Assembly (NCBI GenBank): GCA_039588295.1
Contig: JBDHAB010000006.1
Coordinates: forward strand, 161,347-225,346
Length of the DNA stretch: 64,000 bases
Direction of reading: 5' to 3'
From: Gemmatimonadota bacterium
Lineage (GTDB): Bacteria > Gemmatimonadota > Gemmatimonadetes > Gemmatimonadales > GWC2-71-9
Shown here: in pieces, positions 1 to 10,193 of the stretch
Layout: each line of letters begins with the position of its first letter
How positions within the stretch are numbered: position 1 is the stretch's first letter
The notes under the pieces: model-generated
What the model saw: the letters and a program-made list of their open reading frames with translations, nothing else
Told to the model about the DNA's origin: nothing
The model's database searches: none
Translations under genes and position numbers: made by a program

Positions 1-261
1 TCCCATCCGATCTTTCACTCCTTCTTCGAGATCGAGACGCTGGAGCAGTTTGTTCATCCATATGCGTTCTACCTCCAGTCCTCGTTCTTCGGGATCTTCG
101 AGGACAACGATCCCAAGAAGCGATTGATGGTGATTGCCAACTACGACAACGACGTCGGCGAATCCTGGGAATACTCCGACACTGGATTCATTCCCATCGA
201 TCTCACGAACGAAGCCTACAAGCTCGGCATCAACTACATCGTGTACGCGATGACCCACTAA
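1..261 (+). CDS. DUF4159-family protein, C-terminal part (truncated by window edge)
   Basis: Frame 1 reads SHPIFHSFFEIETL...RLMVIANYDNDVGESWE...NEAYKLGINYIVYAMTH*, a typical DUF4159 C-terminus. It lies directly upstream of moxR. Confidence 0.8.
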   Translation, partial: SHPIFHSFFEIETLEQFVHPYAFYLQSSFFGIFEDNDPKKRLMVIANYDNDVGESWEYSDTGFIPIDLTNEAYKLGINYIVYAMTH

Positions 262-271
262 TCGGAGTATC

Positions 272-1300
272 ATGACGACCCAAGAAGTTGCGCTCGAAAC
301 GGCCGACGACATCGATCTTGCAGACCGCCTCACGGCTGGTCGGCAGCGGATTCTCGAGGAGCTGCACAAGCTCATCGTCGGGCAGGAGGCTGTGGTTGAT
401 GAGGTCCTGCTGTCGTTGTTCGTCGGCGGCAACAGTCTCATCGTCGGCGTGCCTGGGCTGGCAAAGACGTTGTTGATTCACACCGTGGCTCAGGTGCTGG
501 ATCTCAAATTCTCGCGCATCCAGTTCACCCCGGACCTGATGCCGTCGGATATCACGGGCACGGATCTGGTTCAGGAGGATCCCGAGACGGGTCAGCGGCG
601 GATGATCTTCATGCCTGGCCCCATCTTCGCCAACATCGTGCTCGCGGACGAGATCAATCGCACGCCGCCCAAGACGCAGGCGGCGCTGCTGGAGGCAATG
701 CAGGAGCATCGTGTGACCGTTCAAGGTCGGACGTACGATCTCGATCCGCCGTTCTTCGTGTTCGCGACGCAAAATCCGATCGAGCTCGAGGGCACCTACC
801 CGCTTCCAGAGGCGCAGCTCGATCGGTTCATGTTCAACATCGTGATCGACTACTCGCCGGAGGACGAAGAACTCGAAGTGGTCCGCAGTACCACACGGCC
901 ACAGGATCACCGGTTCCGGCACGCCATTACCGGCCGAGACATCGTGGCGTTTCAGGACCTGGTGCGCCGGGTTCCCGTCTCGGATGCCGTCCTGCGTTAT
1001 ACGGTGAGCCTTGTACGCACGAGCCGGCCGAGCGCGAACGGGACGCCGGACTTCATCCGGAAGTGGGTCGAGTACGGCGCCAGTGTACGAGCGGCGCAGT
1101 ATCTGATTCTCGGGGCCAAGGCGCGCGCGCTAGTGCACGGTCGGTATCACGTGACGTTCGATGACGTGCGGGCGCTGGCTCATCCAGTAATGCGCCATCG
1201 GATTCTCAAGAACTTCCACGCCGAGTCGGAGCGCATCACGACCGATCAACTGATCGATCAATTGCTGGATGCGGTCCCGACGCCGAAGTCCGGAATGTGA
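272..1300 (+). CDS. moxR: MoxR-family AAA+ ATPase
   Basis: Walker A GVPGLAKT, RIQFTPDLMPSDITG, Walker B LADEINR, ATQNPIELEGTYPLPEAQLDRF; RBS GGAG upstream. Confidence 0.95.
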   Translation: MTTQEVALETADDIDLADRLTAGRQRILEELHKLIVGQEAVVDEVLLSLFVGGNSLIVGVPGLAKTLLIHTVAQVLDLKFSRIQFTPDLMPSDITGTDLVQEDPETGQRRMIFMPGPIFANIVLADEINRTPPKTQAALLEAMQEHRVTVQGRTYDLDPPFFVFATQNPIELEGTYPLPEAQLDRFMFNIVIDYSPEDEELEVVRSTTRPQDHRFRHAITGRDIVAFQDLVRRVPVSDAVLRYTVSLVRTSRPSANGTPDFIRKWVEYGASVRAAQYLILGAKARALVHGRYHVTFDDVRALAHPVMRHRILKNFHAESERITTDQLIDQLLDAVPTPKSGM

Positions 1301-2190
1301 CGGCGTCGCGCTTTCTCGACTCTGACGTCTTGGCCAGGATCGGCAGTCTCGAGCTCCTGGCCCGCACGGTGGTGGATGGGTTCATCAACGGCCTCCACCA
1401 TTCCCCGTACTTCGGACTCTCGGTCGATTTCGCGGAGCACCGACCCTACATGCCGGGTGATGACATTCGGCGCGTGGATTGGCGCTTGTTCGGCCGCACG
1501 GACCGGTTCTACGTGAAGGAGTTCGAAGCCGACACAAACGCGAACTTCGCAGTGCTGTTCGACGTGTCGGGCTCGATGCAGTATGGAAGTGGCGCCATCA
1601 CAAAGCTGGACTACGGTCGCTACCTCGCGGCGTGTCTCACGTATTTCTCCCGTCGCCAGCGCGACCGTGTCGGCATCGTCACGTTCGATTCGGACATCGT
1701 GGAGTTCGTACCGACGTCGGCGAAGCATTTGAACATCGTGCTCCACACGATCGACCGCATCGAGGCCGGTGGGCCGGGAGAGATCGAGGGGCCCCTGCTC
1801 AAGGTCACCGAGAGCATTCGGCGCCGCAGTATCCTGGCGCTCATCTCGGATCTGTACGACGAGCCGGAGACCATTCTTCGCGCCGTGAACCGCCTCCGTC
1901 ACAAAGGCAACGATGTGATCGTGTTCCACGTCCTGGATCCGGCGGAGATCGCCTTCCCGTTCGATGAGGCGGCGCAGTTTGAGGACCTCGAGAGCCGGGA
2001 GCGGATTCCAGTGGTACCGGAGACGCTGCGCGGCGAGTACCAGGCGCTGCTGACCGAGCACCTGGCGACGCTGACGGATCGGATGGGGCGGGATCAGGTC
2101 GACTACTATCTCGTTGATACGTCGAAGCCGCTCGACCACGCGCTCTTCGCCTACCTGTCCCGCCGCGAGCGGTTGAGCCGGGTGCGATAG
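1297..2190 (+). CDS. DUF58 domain (vWA-like) protein
   Basis: DFAEHRPYMPGDDIRRVDWR and DVSGSM MIDAS-like motif; overlaps the moxR stop (GTGA). Confidence 0.92.
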   Translation: MTASRFLDSDVLARIGSLELLARTVVDGFINGLHHSPYFGLSVDFAEHRPYMPGDDIRRVDWRLFGRTDRFYVKEFEADTNANFAVLFDVSGSMQYGSGAITKLDYGRYLAACLTYFSRRQRDRVGIVTFDSDIVEFVPTSAKHLNIVLHTIDRIEAGGPGEIEGPLLKVTESIRRRSILALISDLYDEPETILRAVNRLRHKGNDVIVFHVLDPAEIAFPFDEAAQFEDLESRERIPVVPETLRGEYQALLTEHLATLTDRMGRDQVDYYLVDTSKPLDHALFAYLSRRERLSRVR

Positions 2191-4286
2191 TGGGCTTCTC
2201 GTTTCTGGCCCCCCTCTTCCTCGCGGGACTCGCGGCGCTCGCGATCCCGGTGCTGATCCATCTGACGCATCGCGAGCGCCGGAACGCGATTCGGTTTCCC
2301 TCCCTCATGTTCTTGCGGAAGGTGCCGTACCGCACCGTGCGGCGGCAGCGTATTCGACACTGGCTGTTGTTTCTGCTCCGCGCGGCCGCCATCGCGCTCT
2401 TGGTGGCGGCCTTCGCCCGACCACTACTCGACCGGGTCGCCCTGGGCACGACAACACTTGGCAGCGCGCGTGAGGTCGTCATCCTCGTGGACCGATCGTA
2501 TTCCATGGGATACGGCGATCGTTGGGACCGTGCCCTTGATGCGGCACGAGCTACGGTGGACGGACTCGGTCCCGAAGATCGAGCGACCATCGTGTTCTTT
2601 GCCGACGGCGCCGAAGCGGCCAACCTGCGAAGTGCCGATCGCGCGGCGCTCCGGGCGCTGTTGGATGGTGCGGACGTCGGCACAGGTGGCACGCAGTTCG
2701 GCCCTGCGCTGCAGATGGCGGGGGACATCCTCGAGCGCTCAGACCTGCCGCGCCGCGAGGCCGTGCTCATCACGGACTTTCAGCGCGCCGGATGGAATGT
2801 CGGGCTCGACACACGTCTTCCGAATGGAACCGTGCTGACGCCCATCGACCTCTCAGATGCGTCGCCCGAGAATGTGGCGACGACCAACGTGCTTCTGGAG
2901 CGAGTGCTCGAGTCAGGCCGTCATCGGCTTGCGGTAGCAGCGCGAATTGTGGCGTTTGGGACCGCTGCCGAGGACCTTCCGGTGACGCTGGAACTCGATG
3001 GCGTGGACGTCGAGACTCGGACGGTGCGCCTCGCGGCCGACGGCTCGGCGACCGTGAGGTTTGCGCCGGTCACGGTGCCCGATCGGGTTACCCGAGGGCG
3101 CGTGCGGATCGCGCGGGATGCGCTCCCGCAGGACGACGTCTACCACTTCACCGTGGCCCCCGTTGAGGCGTTGCCAACCCTCATCGTGCAGCACACCGCT
3201 GCTCCGGCAAGCGATCTCGTCTATTTGCGGCAGGCGCTCTCGATCGGCAGGGATCCGCCGTTCGACGTCCGAGTGCGACGTGTCTCCGGAATCGGGCCGA
3301 ACGATCTGGAGGACGTCGCGATGGTGATTCTCGCCGACGCACCCTACCCGCGTGGTGCCGTCGGGCGCCAACTCGTGGAATTCGTTCATCAAGGCGGTGG
3401 GTTGTTGGTTGTGTTGGGCCGGCGCAGCAACGCGAATGCTTGGACGGCGGAAGCAGCCACGGCGCTCGGATTCACGCCGGGCCCCGTCGTCGACCGTTTG
3501 GGGGGACGTGGTGCAACGTTCAGCGTTTCCGACTACAACCACCCCGTGTTCGCTCCGTTCAGCGCGCCACGCAGCGGGGATTTCTCTGCCTCGCGGTTCT
3601 TTCGCTACCGTCGCTGGGAGCCTGCAGCTACCGTGGCCGTGCTGGCCCGGTTCGATGACGGTGCCGTAGCGCTCGGCGAGATGCAGATCGGCCAGGGCCG
3701 GGTCTTGGTATGGAGTTCCGGGCTTGCCAATCTCTGGAACAACCTGCCGGTACAGCCGGTGTTCTTGCCGTTCCTCCATGAGGTGGTGCGGTTCCTCGCC
3801 CACTATCGTCCAAGCCCCTCGTGGCGCACGGCGGGGCACGTCCTCGATCTCAGCGACGATCCGGTGGCACGCCCGTGGGGACCGTCCACACCGCTCGTGC
3901 CCGATGGCGGGGAGCTGATTGTGGAGTCGCCGTCAGGTGAACGGTTCGCTCACGAGTCCGACGGCACCCAAGACGCGTTGGCGTTGAGCGAACAAGGGTT
4001 TTACCTGCTGCGGCGCCTCGGGGACGATGGGGACGGACCGCGAATCGTCGCGGTCAATGCCGATCGGGCGGAGTCGGATCTGACACGGCTCGATCCCGAG
4101 GAGTTCGTTGGGGCGATCGCTGCCCGGGATGGGGAGAGTGGTGGATCTCCCGACTTCGCCGCCATGCTCACCGCGGCCGAAAAGGAACGCCGACAGGGCC
4201 TCTGGTGGTATCTCTTAATTGCCGTCCTGTTCGTGTTGCTGGCCGAAACGACCGTCGCACATCGTTTCTCGCGGGCGCGACCCTAG
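2190..4286 (+). CDS. BatA N-terminal domain / vWA membrane protein
   Basis: N-terminal FLAPLFLAGLAALAIPVLIHL...FPSLMFL (BatA), DRSYSM MIDAS, LITDFQ, C-terminal TM helix LWWYLLIAVLFVLLAE. Confidence 0.88.
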   Translation: MGFSFLAPLFLAGLAALAIPVLIHLTHRERRNAIRFPSLMFLRKVPYRTVRRQRIRHWLLFLLRAAAIALLVAAFARPLLDRVALGTTTLGSAREVVILVDRSYSMGYGDRWDRALDAARATVDGLGPEDRATIVFFADGAEAANLRSADRAALRALLDGADVGTGGTQFGPALQMAGDILERSDLPRREAVLITDFQRAGWNVGLDTRLPNGTVLTPIDLSDASPENVATTNVLLERVLESGRHRLAVAARIVAFGTAAEDLPVTLELDGVDVETRTVRLAADGSATVRFAPVTVPDRVTRGRVRIARDALPQDDVYHFTVAPVEALPTLIVQHTAAPASDLVYLRQALSIGRDPPFDVRVRRVSGIGPNDLEDVAMVILADAPYPRGAVGRQLVEFVHQGGGLLVVLGRRSNANAWTAEAATALGFTPGPVVDRLGGRGATFSVSDYNHPVFAPFSAPRSGDFSASRFFRYRRWEPAATVAVLARFDDGAVALGEMQIGQGRVLVWSSGLANLWNNLPVQPVFLPFLHEVVRFLAHYRPSPSWRTAGHVLDLSDDPVARPWGPSTPLVPDGGELIVESPSGERFAHESDGTQDALALSEQGFYLLRRLGDDGDGPRIVAVNADRAESDLTRLDPEEFVGAIAARDGESGGSPDFAAMLTAAEKERRQGLWWYLLIAVLFVLLAETTVAHRFSRARP

Positions 4287-4304
4287 AACCCACGGGGAGA
4301 TCTG

Positions 4305-7300
4305 ATGCAGAGCTTGTTTGCCTCCCAACCCATGCCGGCATCATCCGATCGCGACGCGCTGCTCCGGGTCATTCGTTCCGTACGGAACCGCTGGCGGCTG
4401 CGCGTGGCCCTTCGCGGGCTCGCGATCCTGCTGGCGATCGGGTTGGCGATCTTCCTGATCTCCGCGTTCGGGCTGGATCGGCTGCGTTTCACGCCAACGG
4501 CCGTGCTGGTGTTTCGCATCTTCGCGTACACATCGGCGGCAGCGGTTGCTGTGCGCTACCTGTTCCTTCCGCTGCTCCGCCGCGTGGCGGCCGAGCGTGT
4601 CGCACTGTATCTCGAAGAGCACGAGCCCACCTTGCAGGGTCAGGTGGTGAGCGCGGTGGAATTCGGTTGTGACGACGCGGATACGGAGCCGTCAGTGCAC
4701 TCACCCAGGTTGATTCAACGGCTGGTGGAACGCGCCATCGAGAGCTGCGCGGCAATCGATTACGGCCGGCGGGTGGAGCAGCCACGGCTCGCACGCACCT
4801 CTGGAGCACTCGTGGGAGTGACGCTGGTGAGTGCGTTGGTGTTGCTCCTCCGCCCGGGCTTCATCGGCCACAGTGCCGCGTTTCTCCTGACCCCGTGGAG
4901 TACCGGTCTGGGCGATAGCCCGTACCACATCGCGGTCGTTCCCGGTGATGCCACGCTCCCTCGAGGCGCGGATCTCAAGGTGACGGCCGAGCTTCAGAAC
5001 TTCGACGCGGAGATCGTCGAAATCGCCCTGCGGGGGGGGGACGTGGAGCAGTGGGAGCGCTGGCCCATGACGGTCGACGACGACACCGGCGCATTGACGT
5101 TCCTCGTGTTCAACGTGGCCGAGGATACAGAGTACCTGATCGAGGCCGCAGGCGTGCGCTCATCCGTGTTCCGCGTCGAAGTCCGCGATCTCCCGTACGT
5201 GGATCGCATTGACCTCAAGTACCATTTCCCAGCGTACACGGGTCTCGAGCCGCAACGGCATGAGGATGGTGGAGACATTGCGGCGCTCGCGGGCACGCGT
5301 GTCGTCATGACGGTCGTGGCGACGATGCCGGTCGAAGGCGGCACCTTGGTGATCGACGATCGCGATACGATTCCGTTGGAGTTGATCGGCGACGCGCTGC
5401 TGGCTGGCGAGCTCGAAGTCCGACAGGAGGGGCTGTACCACGTAGTGCTGCCGGGTCCCGGTGGTGAAGGCGTGGTGGCTTCGCCAGACTATTACATCGA
5501 CGTGCTCGAGGACCAGCCGCCGGCCGTCCGGTTCACGAAGCCGGGCCGCGACATCAAGGTGACGAACATCGACGAGGTGTTCCTCGAAGTGGAAGCGGAA
5601 GACGACTACGGAATCGACCGTGTCGAACTCGTGTATTCCGTGAACGGAGGTCCCGAGCGGTCGGTTCGACTCCACGGGCGCCGTCCGCGGAAGCAGGTGA
5701 CAGCCGGGCACACGTTCTACCTGGAAGAGATCGAGCTTCAGCCCGGGGACTTTCTGTCGTACTTCGCTCGCGCGCGTGATGCGAACGCCGTCGGCGGGCG
5801 GCAGTTGGCCACGACCGACATCTACTTCATGGAGATCCGGCCGTTCGATCAGCGGTACCGACAGGCCGAGTCCCAGGGCGGGCAGCGTGGCGACGGTGGT
5901 CCCAACGTCGGGGAGTTGTCGACCCGGCAACGGCAGATCGTTGCTGCCACGTTCAAGATCGTGCGTGACTCCAACCAGTATGCTGACGAGGAAATCCGCG
6001 AGAACCTCGCCACGCTGGCGCTGGCGCAGGGACGGCTGCGCGAGGAGGTCCAGACACTGGTGGACCGGATCCAGGCACGGCGGGTGGTCGAGCTCGACTC
6101 GACATTCCAGACCGTCGCGGAAGCACTCCCGCTCGCTGTACGCGAAATGGAATCGTCCGAGCAACGGCTCGGCGAGCGGAAGCCGCAAGAAGCACTGGGC
6201 CCGGAACAACGAGCCCTGCAATACCTGCAGCGAGCCGAGGCGGCGTTCCGGGAACGCATGGTGACGCAGGGGGGCAACCAGCAGGGTGGTGGTGGCCAGT
6301 CCGCGAGCGCCGAGGAGTTGGCCGACCTCTTCGATCTCGAGCTAGACAAGCTACGCAACCAGTACGAGAGCGTAGACCGCGGTGAGCGGCAGCAGGCGAA
6401 CCAGCAGGTCGATGAGGTGCTCGAGAAGTTACGGGAACTCGCGCGGCGCCAGCAGCAGGAGAACGAGCGGATGCGGGCGGGTGCTCAGAATCCGAACGCC
6501 ACCGCGGGCGGGGGGAACTCGAACTCACAGCGCCGGCTTGCCGAAGAGGCAGAGCAGGCCGCGCGCCAGCTCGAACGGCTGTCGCGCGAGCAATCGCGCC
6601 CGGAACTCGAGGAATCGGCGCGCCGTATTCGTGATGCCGTCAATGCCATGCGGCGTGCGGCGTCCGAAGGTGCCGACGGCACCGCGCGGGGGCAGTCCGC
6701 GTTAGATCAATTGCGCGAAGCGCGGCGCCAGCTCGAGCGCAACCGGTCGGCGAGCCTGGAACGCGAGATTCGCGATGCGCTCCAGCGTGCCGAACGTCTC
6801 GCGGAACAGCAGCAGGACGTGGTCGATGATGTCGAGCGGCTTGACGCAAATCCCTCGGCTCGCGACGAACGGCTGCGGCGGCTCCTCGATCGCAAGAACG
6901 CGATGGCGGAGGAGGTGGAGGATCTCGAGTCACAGCTCACGGAGCTCGGAAGGGACGCCCGCGAGGAGCAGCCGGAGGCGGCAGAGAAGATTCAGGACGC
7001 GGCACGCGGAATGAGAGATGCGCGCTTGGCGGACAAGATCCGGTTTTCCCGTGGGGTCGTACAGGGACGCTCCGGTGAGTACGCCCGCAACTTCGAGGAA
7101 CAAATCGAGACCGATCTGGCGCAGCTGGAGCAAGGCATCCGCGACGCCCTCGGATCGGTCGGTGAGTCTCGCGAGCAGCGGCTATCCCGTACGCTCGATC
7201 GCACGCGCGACTTGGTGAACGCGCTGGAATCTCTGGGTGAGCGGATGCGCGCGAACGCCGAGCAGGGGGAGCTGAAGGAAGATCGTAGGTTGCAGCAGCG

Positions 7301-7763
7301 GGCGGACGAAGGCGAACAGCAACAAGGGGCGGAGTCGGCACGGCAGGGTCAGGGTGGGGAGCCTCGCGGGACTCCGGGTGGACCCCCACGTGGCGGAACA
7401 CCGGGACAAATCACGCCCGATGCGGAGCGGCAGTTCGGCCGCGAGCTGAACGAGCGCCGGAGCGAGCTGGCGGAGCTTCGCCGTGAACTTCAGCGAGAGG
7501 GTGTCGACATTTCGCGGCTCGATGAGGTCATGCGCACACTTGGCGCCATGGACAACCGTGGACCGATGGGTGACGCGAGAGGGTTGGCGGAACTCGAGTC
7601 CGCGGTGATCGCAAGTCTCAAGGAATTTGAGTACGCCTTGCGGCGACAGATCGCCGGCGCCGAGGGCGAGCGGCTGTTCTTATCCGGGTCGGACGATGTG
7701 CCGGTGGAATATCGCGAGCTAGTGGAGGAATACTACAGGTCGCTATCGCGGAATCGCCGGTAG
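4305..7763 (+). CDS. DUF4175-like membrane-anchored coiled-coil protein
   Basis: N-terminal TM helices, Ig-like middle (EAEDDYGI, LQPGD), long Q/E/R-rich coiled coil, C-terminal VPVEYRELVEEYYRSL; last gene of the MoxR operon. Confidence 0.75.
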   Translation: MQSLFASQPMPASSDRDALLRVIRSVRNRWRLRVALRGLAILLAIGLAIFLISAFGLDRLRFTPTAVLVFRIFAYTSAAAVAVRYLFLPLLRRVAAERVALYLEEHEPTLQGQVVSAVEFGCDDADTEPSVHSPRLIQRLVERAIESCAAIDYGRRVEQPRLARTSGALVGVTLVSALVLLLRPGFIGHSAAFLLTPWSTGLGDSPYHIAVVPGDATLPRGADLKVTAELQNFDAEIVEIALRGGDVEQWERWPMTVDDDTGALTFLVFNVAEDTEYLIEAAGVRSSVFRVEVRDLPYVDRIDLKYHFPAYTGLEPQRHEDGGDIAALAGTRVVMTVVATMPVEGGTLVIDDRDTIPLELIGDALLAGELEVRQEGLYHVVLPGPGGEGVVASPDYYIDVLEDQPPAVRFTKPGRDIKVTNIDEVFLEVEAEDDYGIDRVELVYSVNGGPERSVRLHGRRPRKQVTAGHTFYLEEIELQPGDFLSYFARARDANAVGGRQLATTDIYFMEIRPFDQRYRQAESQGGQRGDGGPNVGELSTRQRQIVAATFKIVRDSNQYADEEIRENLATLALAQGRLREEVQTLVDRIQARRVVELDSTFQTVAEALPLAVREMESSEQRLGERKPQEALGPEQRALQYLQRAEAAFRERMVTQGGNQQGGGGQSASAEELADLFDLELDKLRNQYESVDRGERQQANQQVDEVLEKLRELARRQQQENERMRAGAQNPNATAGGGNSNSQRRLAEEAEQAARQLERLSREQSRPELEESARRIRDAVNAMRRAASEGADGTARGQSALDQLREARRQLERNRSASLEREIRDALQRAERLAEQQQDVVDDVERLDANPSARDERLRRLLDRKNAMAEEVEDLESQLTELGRDAREEQPEAAEKIQDAARGMRDARLADKIRFSRGVVQGRSGEYARNFEEQIETDLAQLEQGIRDALGSVGESREQRLSRTLDRTRDLVNALESLGERMRANAEQGELKEDRRLQQRADEGEQQQGAESARQGQGGEPRGTPGGPPRGGTPGQITPDAERQFGRELNERRSELAELRRELQREGVDISRLDEVMRTLGAMDNRGPMGDARGLAELESAVIASLKEFEYALRRQIAGAEGERLFLSGSDDVPVEYRELVEEYYRSLSRNRR

Positions 7764-7890
7764 CGTCGCCACCATCCGCTCCGCGGCGTCCGCGGTAATC
7801 GCGGAAGTGGTCAACCCCTGAGCCGAGTGGGGCGGTGCGGACGTCGGCGCTCGCATCTCCCCTCGTGCGGCTCCATCTTTCTTCGTCAGC

Positions 7891-9504
7891 ATGGCAACGC
7901 AGCTGGAGCGCCTCAACGCGGCCCTCACCGGCCGCTATGTGTTGGTGCGGGAGTCGGGCAGGGGAGGCATGGCCACCGTGTTTCTCGCCCACGACCCGAA
8001 GCACGAGCGGCAGGTTGCCATCAAGGTGCTGCGACCCGATCTCGCGGCCTCGCTGGGGACCACGCGGTTTCTCAAGGAAATCGAGATCGCCGCCCGGCTC
8101 ACCCACCCGCACATCGTACCGCTGTACGACTCCGGTGAAGCCGACAGTTTTCTCTACTACGTGATGCCGTTCATCGAGGGCGAGTCGTTACGCGGCCTGC
8201 TCAACCGCGAACGGCAGATCGAGCTTCGTGCGGTCGTGGCGATCACCGTCCAGGTGGCTGATGCGCTGAGCTACGCGCATCGAATGGGAGTGCTCCACCG
8301 AGACGTCAAGCCCGAGAACATTCTGCTCTCGGAAGGACATGCGTTCGTCACCGATTTTGGCATTGCCAAGGCCGTGAGTTCCGCCGGCGGCGCCAACCTC
8401 ACACGCACGGGCTTCGCGCTCGGCACCCCCGGATACATGAGCCCCGAGCAAGCGGCGGGGTCGCGGACGGTAGACGCCAGGACCGATGTGTACGGGCTCG
8501 CCGGGGTGCTCTATGAAATGCTGGTCGGCGAGACCCTCGACATGTGGCTCACGGAGGAAGCGGTCCGCCTGGGGAGGTTCATCGACGCGGCGGTTGGGCA
8601 CCGCGCGCGGCTGGATAAGCTTCCCGGTCGGCTGGAGCAGGTTCTTGCCAGGGCGCTCGCGATGCGACCGACCGAACGGTTCGCAACCGCGGCGGGGTTT
8701 GCCGACGCCGTGGTTGCGGCTGCCGAACACGGTGGTCGTCGGTACAGCGACGCCGAGTTGCGTGACATCGTGGGCCGTGCGGCGGATTTGCAGGCGGCAC
8801 AGCCGACGGAGGAGGGCTTCCTGTCGATCGGCGGTGTCGAACAAGTGGCCGCGCAGGTTGGCATCCCTCCAGCACATGTTCGCGAAGCACTGCAGGAGAT
8901 GGAGCCGGCACCCGACCCCGGGGTGCTGCCCTCGGTGCCAATGGCCCCGCGCACGCCCCCCTCACCTCCGACGCTCTACGGGCTCCCCACGACGTTGCGG
9001 TACGACCGGACCGTGAGCCATGAGATGTCCGAGACCGCGCTCGCAGTGATGGTAGATGAGGTGCAAGCGAGCTTGGGCATGGTGGGACGGGTGGCGCCGT
9101 TGGGAGGAGCCGTGACGTGGACGAACACGCGGCAGGGGGGCAGTACCGACCGCATGGTTCAGGTAACCATCACGCCTCAGGGAGGGGGCACGTCCATTCG
9201 CGTCGAAGAGCAACTCGGTCCGCTGAGCGGCCGGATGACCGGCACCATAAGCGGTGGCATCGGCGGTCTGCTGCTCGGATTCTCCTTCGGCCTCGGGTTC
9301 GGCACTCCGGATGCTGGGACGTTCTTCGCCTTGGTGTTCGGGGCAATGGGATCGTACTTCGGATCACGCTCGATCTACATGCACGCGAGGATGCAACGCG
9401 AGCGGCAGCTCGAAACGCTCGCGGATCGCTTGGCAGCGCTCGTAGCACCGCAACCAGCCGGTGCAAACAGCGGCGCAGGTGAGTCCCAGGCGATCTTGCC
9501 GTAA
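7891..9504 (+). CDS. Ser/Thr protein kinase with C-terminal helical + two-TM domain
   Basis: GRGGMATV, VAIK, HRDVKPEN, DFG, GTPGYMSPE; hydrophobic Gly-rich segments near the C-terminus. Confidence 0.92.
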   Translation: MATQLERLNAALTGRYVLVRESGRGGMATVFLAHDPKHERQVAIKVLRPDLAASLGTTRFLKEIEIAARLTHPHIVPLYDSGEADSFLYYVMPFIEGESLRGLLNRERQIELRAVVAITVQVADALSYAHRMGVLHRDVKPENILLSEGHAFVTDFGIAKAVSSAGGANLTRTGFALGTPGYMSPEQAAGSRTVDARTDVYGLAGVLYEMLVGETLDMWLTEEAVRLGRFIDAAVGHRARLDKLPGRLEQVLARALAMRPTERFATAAGFADAVVAAAEHGGRRYSDAELRDIVGRAADLQAAQPTEEGFLSIGGVEQVAAQVGIPPAHVREALQEMEPAPDPGVLPSVPMAPRTPPSPPTLYGLPTTLRYDRTVSHEMSETALAVMVDEVQASLGMVGRVAPLGGAVTWTNTRQGGSTDRMVQVTITPQGGGTSIRVEEQLGPLSGRMTGTISGGIGGLLLGFSFGLGFGTPDAGTFFALVFGAMGSYFGSRSIYMHARMQRERQLETLADRLAALVAPQPAGANSGAGESQAILP

Positions 9505-9605
9505 TCTCAGGTGCCGCTTGCCACCGACGATCCGGGCCGGGCGGCGGTAGCGGGACTCGCCAGAGCGGGTAGATTAGGTGGAGCACCGGAGGCAGGAGGA
9601 CTTCG

Positions 9606-10097
9606 ATGGCACATAAGGTCGTAGCTCATTTCATCGATCATCAAGTCGTCAAGGGCACGAGTCTCGACGTGGATCCCGGAAAGCCGCACTGCCATGTGCG
9701 CACGGATGAAGGTGAGATCGTCGATGTCGATCTCTCGCAGGTCAAGGCGCTGTTCTTCGTCAAAGACTTGAATGGGAACTCCAAGTACGACGAGGTCAAG
9801 GATCCCGCGTCCGGAGATAACCGCCTTCGTGGGAGCACGTTGATTGACATTACGTTCGTCGACGGGGAGAAGCTCGGTGTGCTGACGAACCGGTATCCAC
9901 CGAGAGGCGTCTTCTTCTTTGCGGTACCGATGGACCCCAAGAGCAACAACATCCGAATCCTCATCAACCGCGATGCCATTGCCTCCATGGACGCCAGGGA
10001 TGCGCAAACGCCCGCCTCGCAGCCCCCCGCGCGGCCAAAGCGCACGAGTTGGGTCTTTGACGGGAAGGACATCAAGGAGGTCTTCCCGGAACGCTGA
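9606..10097 (+). CDS. Conserved hypothetical protein (DUF6982-like)
   Basis: KVVAHF..VVKG...KALFFVKD...FVDGE...DPKSNNIRI pattern; strong RBS AGGAGG. Confidence 0.65.
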   Translation: MAHKVVAHFIDHQVVKGTSLDVDPGKPHCHVRTDEGEIVDVDLSQVKALFFVKDLNGNSKYDEVKDPASGDNRLRGSTLIDITFVDGEKLGVLTNRYPPRGVFFFAVPMDPKSNNIRILINRDAIASMDARDAQTPASQPPARPKRTSWVFDGKDIKEVFPER

Positions 10098-10193
10098 GTT
10101 CGAGCGGCGAGCCGACGCCGAACCACACATCGCGAACCCAGACGATCGTTGGGGAGGCGCCGTCGTGCAGTCTTGCCGCGCGAGTCGGACAAT

